A DNA stretch of 46,265 bases from Methylococcaceae bacterium (GTDB lineage Bacteria; Pseudomonadota; Gammaproteobacteria; Methylococcales; Methylococcaceae): contig VEPB01000473.1 of NCBI GenBank assembly GCA_012026715.1, forward strand, positions 1 through 46,265, in the 5' to 3' direction. The position numbers were made by a program, and so were the translations under genes. Each line of letters starts with the position of its first letter. Positions within the stretch are counted from its first letter, which is position 1. The notes beneath the pieces are model-generated. The model ran no database searches. It had not been told where the DNA came from and worked only from the letters and a program-made list of their open reading frames with translations. Of this stretch, positions 29,136 through 38,573 are shown piece by piece.

Positions 29136-29205
29136 GGCGGGTTCGGCGTCAGCCAACCCGCCAAACCAACGCCAAATGGTGGGTTACGGCTTCGCCTAAC
29201 CTACC
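29136..29205. repeat. two tandem related REP-like palindromic units between nifB and fdxN
   Basis: Unit 1 (29136-29162) is GGCGGGTT-11 nt-AACCCGCC. Unit 2 (29178-29205) is GGTGGGTTA-10 nt-TAACCTACC, with 8 of 9 pairs. The arms share the form GGYGGGTT/AACCYRCC. Confidence 0.45.
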
Positions 29206-29231
29206 CTACATTGTTTCGATAGGGTGTCCTT

Positions 29232-29510
29232 ATGGCTCTGAAAATCATCGAATCCTGCGTCAACTGCTGGGCCTGCCTGCCGGTGTGTCCCACCGAGGCG
29301 ATCTATGAGGCCAAGCCGCACTTTCTCATCGACGCCAAGAAGTGCACCGAATGCGAGGGCTCCTTCGCCGACTCCCAGTGCGCCAGCATCTGCCCCATCG
29401 AGGGTGCGATCCTGAACAGCCTGGGCGAGGCCATGAACCCGCCGGGCTCACTCACCGGCATCCCGCCGGAGCGGATGGCCCAGGCCATGGCGGAACTGGC
29501 CGCCCACTAG
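29232..29510 (+). CDS. fdxN: nif-specific 2x[4Fe-4S] ferredoxin (FdxN-like)
   Basis: 92 aa. 'CVNCWACLPVCP' and 'CTECEG...CASICP' cluster motifs. It sits immediately downstream of nifB. Confidence 0.88.
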   Translation: MALKIIESCVNCWACLPVCPTEAIYEAKPHFLIDAKKCTECEGSFADSQCASICPIEGAILNSLGEAMNPPGSLTGIPPERMAQAMAELAAH

Positions 29511-29513
29511 CCC

Positions 29514-29938
29514 ATGGCCGAAGTGGATTTCTGGGAAAAGCCCGGCTGCATCAACAACACGCGGCAAAAGCAGCTGCTGCGCGACGCCGGGCACGTTCTC
29601 CACGAACACGATCTGCTGACCGAATCCTGGGAAGCGGAGCGGCTGCGCTCATTCTTCGGCGAACTGCCGGTAGCCGACTGGTTCAATCGCAGCGCACCCG
29701 CCGTCAAGAACGGCAGCGTGATCCCGGAGCGGCTGACCGAAGCCGAAGCCCTGCGGCTGATGCTGCAAGATCCCCTGCTCGTCCGTCGCCCGCTGATGCA
29801 GGTGGGCAGTCAACGCCAGGTCGGATTCGAAGCGGCGGCGGTTGACCTCTGGATCGGGCTCACACCCAAGGCGGCATCGAGCGATGCCGACCTGGAATCC
29901 TGTCCGCGCTCGCACCAGGGCAAAGCGGCGACGGGAGG

Positions 29939-29948
<10 letters not shown>
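29514..29948 (+). CDS. ArsC/Spx-family nitrogenase-associated protein (NifO-like)
   Basis: 144 aa starting 4 nt after the fdxN stop. 'FWEKPGCINNTRQKQLLRDAGH...' and 'DPLLVRRPLMQVG' match the ArsC-fold pattern seen in nitrogenase-associated proteins. Confidence 0.8.
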
Positions 29949-31544
<1,596 letters not shown>

Positions 31545-31595
31545 CGAACTTAGATTGGGACGACGGTTCTTCCGTCAGCCCACCGTCACAAACAA

Positions 31596-31621
31596 GGCGG
31601 GTTGCCCTTAGGGCATCCGCC
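31596..31621 (+). other. intercistronic stem-loop between the two 2Fe-2S ferredoxin genes
   Basis: GGCGG-gtt-GCCC-tta-GGGC-at-CCGCC is a nested hairpin with no U-tract. It may be an mRNA processing or stability element rather than a terminator. Confidence 0.3.
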
Positions 31622-31648
31622 CCACGAGAAATCCACGGAGATTCAGCA

Positions 31649-31999
31649 ATGGCTTTAATCACTTTCAGCAATCCGGAGTACAAGGACAAAACCCTCTACG
31701 CAGTGGCCGGCAGCCACACCCAAACCCTGCTCAAGCTGGCCCTGGAAAACAAGATTCCGATCCAGTTCAATTGTCAGGACGGGGAGTGCGGCACCTGCGC
31801 GGTGCGGGTCAGCGGCCTCAATGACAAGAAGCAACGGATGGGCGGTGCCCTCACCGACAAGGAACGCATCGTGCTCACGGAGTTGGGAAAGATCTCCAAG
31901 GAAGAACTCGACAATGCCTACGTCAGCGATCTGCCGCCCCAATGGCGTCTGGCCTGCCAGATGATCGTGCGCGACGAAGACATCCTGGTCGAGTACTGA
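31649..31999 (+). CDS. FeSII (Shethna protein II)-like [2Fe-2S] ferredoxin
   Basis: 116 aa. 'FNCQDGECGTCAVRV', an inserted 'LTDKERIVLTELGKISKEEL' lid-like segment and 'WRLACQMIVRDEDILVEY'. From memory, this layout matches the Azotobacter nitrogenase-protective FeSII protein. Confidence 0.8.
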   Translation: MALITFSNPEYKDKTLYAVAGSHTQTLLKLALENKIPIQFNCQDGECGTCAVRVSGLNDKKQRMGGALTDKERIVLTELGKISKEELDNAYVSDLPPQWRLACQMIVRDEDILVEY

Positions 32000-32005
32000 T
32001 CCGCC

Positions 32006-32590
32006 ATGAACGCCGTGCTCAAGTCCTTCCAGCCGACCCGCGAACAGGTCTACCAGCGCCTGCGGGCGCTGGTGCCGGCGGACTCGCCCAACGGCGAATG
32101 GCTGGCTCGCCTGCTGGCGAGTTGGAGCTTGGGGTTAGGCGCCCTGCCGGACCATCTGGGGCTGGAACCCGCGGCTTTCGAATCCTTGCTGGCACACTGC
32201 TTCGCCGGCATCGGGCTCGACGGCCGCGCGCCCTCCGGCCGCACGGCGGACTTCAACCGCATGCTGGAAAAACAGGAGCTCACGGACTACCTGCTTCACC
32301 ACGCGGCCCGCCCGGATCACCCGGAAACCCCGTGGATCGCGGGCATCCTGGTTGCCGGCTGCCTGGGCGAGGACCACCTGTGGCAGGACCTGGGGCTGTG
32401 GGCCCGATCCGATCTCAGCGCCCTGATCGCCTGCAATTTTCCGTCCCTGGCCGCACGCAACGACCGGGACATGAAGTGGAAGAAATTCCTCTACAAACAG
32501 CTGTGCGAAGCGGAAGGCATCTATGTCTGCCGCGCGCCCTCCTGCGACGTGTGTATCGACTACCCCAAATGCTTCGGACCGGAGGATTAG
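32006..32590 (+). CDS. nifQ: nitrogen fixation protein NifQ (Mo processing for FeMo-co)
   Basis: 194 aa. 'DMKWKKFLYKQLCE' and a C-terminal Cys cluster 'VCRAPSCDVCIDYPKCFG' (Cx4Cx2Cx5C). Confidence 0.88.
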   Translation: MNAVLKSFQPTREQVYQRLRALVPADSPNGEWLARLLASWSLGLGALPDHLGLEPAAFESLLAHCFAGIGLDGRAPSGRTADFNRMLEKQELTDYLLHHAARPDHPETPWIAGILVAGCLGEDHLWQDLGLWARSDLSALIACNFPSLAARNDRDMKWKKFLYKQLCEAEGIYVCRAPSCDVCIDYPKCFGPED

Positions 32591-32592
32591 CC

Positions 32593-32742
32593 ATGTTCAT
32601 CGACACGATCGGATTGGAAATTTCCCTGCTGGCCGCCACGGGACTATTGGCCTCCGCACTGTTCCGGCTCTATCTGGCCGCCGGCGTCCAAGCGCGGCGG
32701 CAGCCGGTCCCCATTCACCTCAAGAGAAGTGCACGCTCATGA
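32593..32742 (+). CDS. 49-aa single-pass membrane peptide, translationally coupled between nifQ and the SIR2-like gene
   Basis: ATG 32593 lies 6 nt after a GGAGGA embedded in the last nifQ codons. It has one hydrophobic helix ('IGLEISLLAATGLLASALFRLYLAAG') and a basic tail. Its TGA overlaps the next ATG (ATGA at 32739-32742). Confidence 0.45.
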   Translation: MFIDTIGLEISLLAATGLLASALFRLYLAAGVQARRQPVPIHLKRSARS

Positions 32743-33596
32743 CCTTACTCAACGACCTGATTCAGGGCATTCGGGATCATCGCATCGTTCCCTATCTGGG
32801 ACCTTACGCCCTGGCCGGCGCACGCCACGCCGTCACCGGTGAAGCCATGCCGGCCGACAGCGACAGCCTGATCCTCGCCATGAACGGCGGCAAGCCCATG
32901 GCGCCCAAGCTGATGTACGAATTCCCGCGCGCCGCCATGAACCTGGAGCTCAAGCGCGGCCGCAGCTTCGTCGAGCAGTTCCTCACCAAGACCTACGGTG
33001 AGACCCGCTGGTCGCGGGCGCCCCTGCACGACTGGCTGGCCACCGTGAAACCCCGTTACGTCATCGACATCAACCGGGATACTCAGTTGCAGGACAGCTA
33101 CACCGGCACGCCCCATCTGCTGATCCGCGGCCTGGCCCGCATCGCCGGAACCGACTACCGCTTCGCCATTCACCACTTTGACGGCAACAGTTATCGCGAA
33201 ATCGCCCAGAATGACGCGGATCCCAGCCTGCCCATTCTGTTCAAGCCCATGGGGAGCCCCGTCCCGAAGCCCAATTTCATCGCTTCCGACGCCGACTACG
33301 TGGACTACATCACCGAGCTGATGGGTGGCTTTGCCATCCCCTCCTTCCTGAAGGAATACCGCAAGGACAAACAGTATCTGATGGTGGGTTTGCCGCTGAA
33401 CCGCGACTCCGAGCGCATGGTGATGACCGACATTACTTATGGCTCGGGCACGCCCCGGGGCTGGGTTCTCAACAAAGCTCCGACGGAAAAGGAAAAGCGC
33501 TTTTGTGCCCGCTTCAGCCTCGAAATCATCGACTACGACCTGAACGACCTGCTGGCTACCGCCGGCTGGGCGCTTGAAGAAAGAAAAACCGCCTGA
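32739..33596 (+). CDS. SIR2-like (SIR2_2/ThsA-N-type fold) protein, divergent active-site positions
   Basis: 285 aa. By-eye alignment to SIR2_2-type proteins gives 'IVPYLGPYAL' (vs FxGAGxS), 'YVIDINRDTQL' (vs TTNYDxL), 'LFKPMGS' (vs xKxHGS), 'IASDADYVDYI' (vs T.DDY) and 'YLMVGLPLNRDSERMV' (vs FxGYSxxDxD). No profile search has been run. Confidence 0.6.
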   Translation: MTLLNDLIQGIRDHRIVPYLGPYALAGARHAVTGEAMPADSDSLILAMNGGKPMAPKLMYEFPRAAMNLELKRGRSFVEQFLTKTYGETRWSRAPLHDWLATVKPRYVIDINRDTQLQDSYTGTPHLLIRGLARIAGTDYRFAIHHFDGNSYREIAQNDADPSLPILFKPMGSPVPKPNFIASDADYVDYITELMGGFAIPSFLKEYRKDKQYLMVGLPLNRDSERMVMTDITYGSGTPRGWVLNKAPTEKEKRFCARFSLEIIDYDLNDLLATAGWALEERKTA

Positions 33597-33837
33597 CGAA
33601 AAGAACGTTCGGTACCAAGCAGGAGTTCCCGGTTTCGGATGTGCGCTAGTCCGATTCCCGGCTTCAGACGCTACGCATCCGATCCGCCCAAACTCGCTGA
33701 CGTTTTCAAATAGGAACGCCTATCACGGGAGGCTCATCCTATGGCATGCTAACTCTGGCGCTTCGCCGCGCGCGAAACGCCAGAAGTACTTGTGCCCCAT
33801 GCCGACAACGACGAGACCGATCCCGGAGGGCGAGACC

Positions 33838-34068
33838 ATGTTCAAATTCGAAGGCTGGAATCGTTGGGAACTGCTGTTGCTTGGAATTCTGGCAGCGGCA
33901 GGTTTTACTGTCTTCATGAAAACTGTATTCGCGCCCGGCGGCGAAGATTGGGCGGAATTCAAGGAAAAGCATCACTGCCAAAGCCTGGCCAAAGTGCAGG
34001 GCAGCGACCTGTCCGGATGGTATTGCGACGACGGCAAAGTCCACCAACCCTGGCGCAACGTGCAATAG
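33838..34068 (+). CDS. 76-aa hypothetical membrane-anchored protein
   Basis: ATG 33838 with a GGAGGG RBS 7 nt upstream. One TM helix ('WELLLLGILAAAGFTVFM') and two Cys in the tail. The upstream part of track ORF 33574..34068 runs across REP-like sequence and is unlikely to be coding. Confidence 0.45.
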   Translation: MFKFEGWNRWELLLLGILAAAGFTVFMKTVFAPGGEDWAEFKEKHHCQSLAKVQGSDLSGWYCDDGKVHQPWRNVQ

Positions 34069-34114
34069 ATTTGGAGGGGTTACCAACGGATGCCGAGACG
34101 CCTATTTAGGATTT

Positions 34115-34403
34115 GGTCCAAAACAACTTCCCCGAATTCTCGCGGAAGGGCGTCAGAGCCCGTCGGGGCGAAATCTGGAACCCTCTCCCCGCGGGAAGGT
34201 CCGCGACTCAAGCGAACGTTTGCGATTGGAGGAGCGGCAGGGTGAGGGCCAAAGCGCCTGATGTTTCAGCGAGCTTGCCGCAAGCACAAAGCGCTCTGGC
34301 CCTCACCCCTCTCTCCCGCAGGGAGAGGGGCTTCAATGCGATCCCATCGGGACTGACTGCTCAGAATTTTCAGTCGGGAACTTTCGGGAAGTTATTGTCG
34401 GCC
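34115..34403. mobile_element. MITE/REP-composite-like non-coding element with imperfect terminal inverted repeats
   Basis: The left end is GGTCCAAAACAACTTCCCCGAA (34115-34136). The reverse complement of the right end (34383-34403) is GGCCGACAATAACTTCCCGAA. Inside is an 18-bp inverted repeat, GGGTGAGGGCCAAAGCGC (34240-57) against GCGCTCTGGCCCTCACCC (34291-308), and the palindrome CCCCTCTCTCCCGCAGGGAGAGGGG (34306-30). The 148-aa track ORF here reads like REP-derived pseudo-protein. Confidence 0.35.
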
Positions 34404-34555
34404 ACATCCTTAGTCCGGAACAAAACAGCCATCCTTGGTAACCCACCCACGAAAAACGATCCATCACCCCGTCGTCCGACGGAATGCTGCCTAATATTCG
34501 GTCTTCCGGCCTCGCCCGAACCTGGCTTCCGCACCACGGCCGGTGATGAACGCCT

Positions 34556-34804
34556 TTAGGCGGCCTTTTTCCGCTCTACAAAAGCGACCATTTTTTCCAC
34601 GGAATCCAGATTGTCAGGCACAATCTCTTTCGGATCGACTTTGATTGAAAAGCTGCCCTCGACAAACTCAACAAGCTCCATGATGCCGATAGAGTCGATG
34701 AGACCCTGGGCAATGAGCGATGCATTGTCTTGCAGCGCCGATTCATCATCCGTGAACAAAAAACTTTCCATAATGTGTTTGCGTATAATCTTATTAGTTT
34801 CCAT
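34556..34804 (-). CDS. acyl carrier protein-like (phosphopantetheine attachment site)
   Basis: 82 aa. 'LIAQGLIDSIGIMELVEFVE' contains the DS(L/I) Ser attachment motif. The start overlaps the asnB-like stop by 11 nt. Confidence 0.85.
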   Translation of the reverse strand: METNKIIRKHIMESFLFTDDESALQDNASLIAQGLIDSIGIMELVEFVEGSFSIKVDPKEIVPDNLDSVEKMVAFVERKKAA

Positions 34805-36752
34805 AATTTCCCATCTGATCTAACTGATTAAAGCGTTCAATGAAATTGTAATGGCATAACTGGGTGGACAATATCCCCACCAGCGCCATATTGTCCCGCG
34901 CCGACAAAGCCCCCCCTGCCCTGGCCTTCTTGACCAAAAACCCGACCTTTTTAGGATCGTAGTAACCATAGCACTTGAGCTTCGATTCGCTCAATAGCTC
35001 ATCCACATAACCGAGAGATTGAGACGAAAAAAAGGCAGGAACACCAGGGGCTCTGTACGGTTGCTTATGGCGCACTACGATCTGCTGCGGAAGATCCTTC
35101 GCCATCGCTTTCTTCAAAAGATATTTTTCGTTGAGTCCGCGCATTTTCAATCGCGGTGGTAGCCGATTGGCAAACTCGATCACCCGATGATCCAAATACG
35201 GGAAACGACCTTCTACCGAATTGGCCATCAACATGCGGTCTCCTTGCGAACATAGAAGATAGCCGCTCATCAGCGTCTTGGCCTCCAAATATTGCGCGCG
35301 GTTAAATGGGTGCCAACGCCGGAATGCATCGGGCAGATCCTGATAAAGTCGCGCGGCCGCATCCTCGCGCAGTGCCGCATTGAGCTCCGGCGAGAAAAAG
35401 ATTTTGCCGCCGGCCGTCGTGAACCATCGCGTTAGATGACTGAAACCGGGTTGATCCGGCTCGTTCAGCCCGATACCGTAGAAGTTCTGAATGTAAGTAT
35501 CGGATTGCCCCTTTGAAATATCGAGATAAGGATAAAGGGCCTTTAGCAACAGCGGCCGCCACTCGGACTGCGGACGGCGTGCCCAGAACTGCCGGATCTT
35601 CGCTTCCTTGAAGATATCATATCCCCCCAACACTTCATCAGCGCCCTCACCGGTTAACACCACCTTATAGCCTGAGGACCGCACTAAAGCGGACAACTGA
35701 GCCATGGGGGTGGGTGCCGTCCGAAGGATGGGAATCTCGGTATGCGCGATAGTGGCGGGAAACTGCTCCGAAATCGACTCGTTTTTACACAAAAAGCTGG
35801 TGTGATTCACGTTCAGATGTTCGACCATCTGTTGCTGGAACGCAGATTCATCAAAAGACCGATCGGCAAACCCTATGGAAAACGTTCTAAGCGGTATGGA
35901 TGCATCTTTGCTAATTAAAGCGACCAGCGCCGAGGAATCCAGCCCGCCCGAGAGATACGCGCCGACGGGCACATCTGCGCGCAGCCGAATTTGCGTGGCA
36001 TCCAATAACAGAGACCTGAGTTCATCAGCCAGACTATCATCGCTGCCGTCAAGATAAGCATTCCCTTCCGGAAACGACCAATCCCAATAGACCGATTCCC
36101 GCAGCGCTCCATTTTCCAGGACCAACATATGCCCAGGTGAAACCTCAAAAATCCCTTCAAACAGAGTATTAGGACTCCGCGGAACCCAAAACGTAAAAAT
36201 CTCATCCAAGGTCGCTGGAGAAATCTTGGGCGCCTCCGTCAACTGAGTAAGCAGCGACTTGATACCCGATGCAAAAACAAGACGGTCAGAAGTACGCGTG
36301 TAGAAAAGCGGAACGATTCCGACGCGGTCCCGGATCAGCAACAGTCGTTGCTTCCGACTGTCCCACAGCGCGATACTGAACTGTCCATTGAAGTGCTGAA
36401 CGAAGTCGTCCCCATATTCTTCGTAGGCATGCACAATGACTTCAGTGTCACAATGACTATAAAACTGATGCCCCGCCTTCAGAAGCGATGCCCTGAGCTC
36501 AACATAATTGAAAATTTCCCCGTTGAAAGATACCCATATCGTCCGATCCTCGTTGTGCATCGGCTGGGCACCCCCCTCCAGGTCAACAATACTCAAGCGA
36601 GTATGACCGAGACCGACTATCCCATGCGGATCCATATAAATGCCACTGCCGTCCGGCCCCCGATGATGCAAAGCCGGCAACATACGTGCAACCTCGTCCT
36701 TCCCAATAGTGCGCCCCGTCGACAATGCCGCGATACCAGCGATTCCGCACAT
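34794..36752 (-). CDS. asparagine synthetase B-type glutamine-hydrolysing amidotransferase
   Basis: ATG 36752 gives the obligatory N-terminal 'MCGIAG' nucleophile Cys. 'HRGPDG', 'FNGEIFNYVELR' and the PP-loop 'GAYLSGGLDSSALV' are present. About 652 aa, longer than housekeeping AsnB, as in polysaccharide-cluster paralogues. Confidence 0.92.
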   Translation of the reverse strand: MCGIAGIAALSTGRTIGKDEVARMLPALHHRGPDGSGIYMDPHGIVGLGHTRLSIVDLEGGAQPMHNEDRTIWVSFNGEIFNYVELRASLLKAGHQFYSHCDTEVIVHAYEEYGDDFVQHFNGQFSIALWDSRKQRLLLIRDRVGIVPLFYTRTSDRLVFASGIKSLLTQLTEAPKISPATLDEIFTFWVPRSPNTLFEGIFEVSPGHMLVLENGALRESVYWDWSFPEGNAYLDGSDDSLADELRSLLLDATQIRLRADVPVGAYLSGGLDSSALVALISKDASIPLRTFSIGFADRSFDESAFQQQMVEHLNVNHTSFLCKNESISEQFPATIAHTEIPILRTAPTPMAQLSALVRSSGYKVVLTGEGADEVLGGYDIFKEAKIRQFWARRPQSEWRPLLLKALYPYLDISKGQSDTYIQNFYGIGLNEPDQPGFSHLTRWFTTAGGKIFFSPELNAALREDAAARLYQDLPDAFRRWHPFNRAQYLEAKTLMSGYLLCSQGDRMLMANSVEGRFPYLDHRVIEFANRLPPRLKMRGLNEKYLLKKAMAKDLPQQIVVRHKQPYRAPGVPAFFSSQSLGYVDELLSESKLKCYGYYDPKKVGFLVKKARAGGALSARDNMALVGILSTQLCHYNFIERFNQLDQMGNYGN

Positions 36753-37849
36753 TAGCAAATCAACTCCTTAAACCAGATGGCGTAGACAAAAGCCTGACAG
36801 AAAATACTACATTCAACGAACAAAATTAAGATATCTCACACACTAACGCAACACATAAACCTCAAGCCCAATACGTGCGATGGCAGCGACTGATTCAGCG
36901 CCATCACGAAGCGATGACGCCGGAAACTGCGCCATCTTAAGAGGGGCTGCGCGTGAGCAATCCACATTCGGCGGCAGTGAGACATCGCCAATAAATTTTA
37001 ACCCTATCCAACTAATTGTTCTCACGGCGTTGCCGAAAGCGCTATCATCCGTCGGCAAGACGTCTCCGGTCGACTCATCCACGCGAGAGTCCAGGCGTCG
37101 CACCGACAGGCTCCAGACAGTTGGCACCGTTTTGCTCCACCTTGCAGGTTTCGACCTGGGAACCCGCGGCAACTGCAGCTAGCGATGAACAGGGAAAATC
37201 GCCGTCTGACGGAGACTAGCGCAACGCTTTCCAACACTGCATCATTGTTAATTGAAGCAAAGTCTGGCAGATCGGTCGCCAATTGCATAGCAACGCCAAA
37301 CAACGGCTACACCCATTGTTGGACTATGGGGAACAAATAGTCCGTTCATTCAATCAATTGGCGCTTACGCCAGACGAGAAGGTAGACGTGACATGATGTT
37401 TTGTCAAAACCCAGCCCCCGAGAATACAGCATTCAACAAAGTTACAAGGGATACAAAAGCCCCTGCGATACCTCAGATCAGATAAGGGCACTTCGAAAAA
37501 CTTAGGATTCCTGGCAAACCCCGCTCGCAACGCCTTGATTCGCCGTTAACGAATTTCTGAGAAGTGAGGCTTTTCCAGGTACCCTTCAGCGAACAGCGCA
37601 GCCCCCCCCCATTTTCCTGTAATAAAATAAAGCATGCGTTAACCGCCAGTCGCCAGTATGGCAGATAAGATGTCGTTCGACAGTCCATGATCCACGATAA
37701 TTAGAGACAAGTTGGTTAGCACTTTCTGATAAGATTTCGCAGGACCCACACCAAACTCCGCGGACTTTGGATTCAAGCATGAAATGTCGCTACAGCACAT
37801 CCAGCGGAACCAATCTCAAGATAGTTTTAGCACCCAAGAGAGACAAAAA

Positions 37850-38419
37850 ATGATTGCGAGCAAAGACGACCTGGCCATGTATCTCGAAATGGATAAGAAA
37901 GCCCTAAAGATAAGCAAGAACAGACCCTCCTGGTTTGGAGACGAAATTTGGCGCTACCAGATATTGCTCAGAAAATTTGAGTACTTACTCAATTGCGGGT
38001 CTGGAATCATCGCAAAGATCGAAAAAAAAATAACCTATCACCGTCTGCATTCCCTGGAGTTGAAGCTCGGCTTTTCTATTCCGCCTAATGTCTTTGGCCC
38101 TGGCTTGTCAATCGCACACTACGGCTGCATCGCCGTGAACCACAACACTAAAGTTGGTCGAAATTGCCGGATCCACGAAGGCGTTACCATCGGCGCCACC
38201 GGCGACAATTCGGACGCGCCGCAAATAGGAAATAACGTCTTTATCGGATCAGGGGCAAAAATTATTGGGAATGTCAAAATTGCTGATCGCGTAGCTATTG
38301 GCGCAAACGCAGTGGTGGTGAAATCCATCCTAGAGGAAAACATAACGGTGGCTGGAGTACCGGCTCGAAAAATCAGCGCGAACGGATCCAAAGAGTTTAT
38401 CGTATGGGACGTTGATTGA
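37850..38419 (+). CDS. left-handed beta-helix (hexapeptide-repeat) O-acetyltransferase, serine-acetyltransferase-like
   Basis: ATG 37850 (MIASKDDLAMYLE...), 189 aa. Hexapeptide repeats 'GRNCRIHEGVTIGATG...IGNNVFIGSGAKIIGNVKIADRVAIGANAVVV'. The gene is low in G+C. Confidence 0.85.
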   Translation: MIASKDDLAMYLEMDKKALKISKNRPSWFGDEIWRYQILLRKFEYLLNCGSGIIAKIEKKITYHRLHSLELKLGFSIPPNVFGPGLSIAHYGCIAVNHNTKVGRNCRIHEGVTIGATGDNSDAPQIGNNVFIGSGAKIIGNVKIADRVAIGANAVVVKSILEENITVAGVPARKISANGSKEFIVWDVD

Positions 38420-38573
38420 TCGATCGGCCAGATTCGCTTCGCAATCGCCGTTTCACGAGCATAGGCGCCGATTATTCCACAATCCGCACCAACTCTTGTT
38501 CCGTTCTGGCCTAAGACCTCGTATCGTATGGCGCGACATAAAAACGAGGGATATCATTGGTTGTTAACACTGA

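Noticed and set aside
27594-29156. 520-aa ORF exactly antisense to nifB
   Set aside because: It spans almost the same interval as a gene with unambiguous NifB motifs. Its product is H/G/D/V/A-rich low-information text typical of the antisense frame in GC3-biased genes. It has no RBS or promoter context.
34113-34559. 148-aa plus-strand ORF between the nif cluster and the island
   Set aside because: It runs through the MITE/REP-like palindromes, giving text such as 'ALTPLSRRERG'. It has no RBS and no family features, so I treat it as non-coding repeat sequence.
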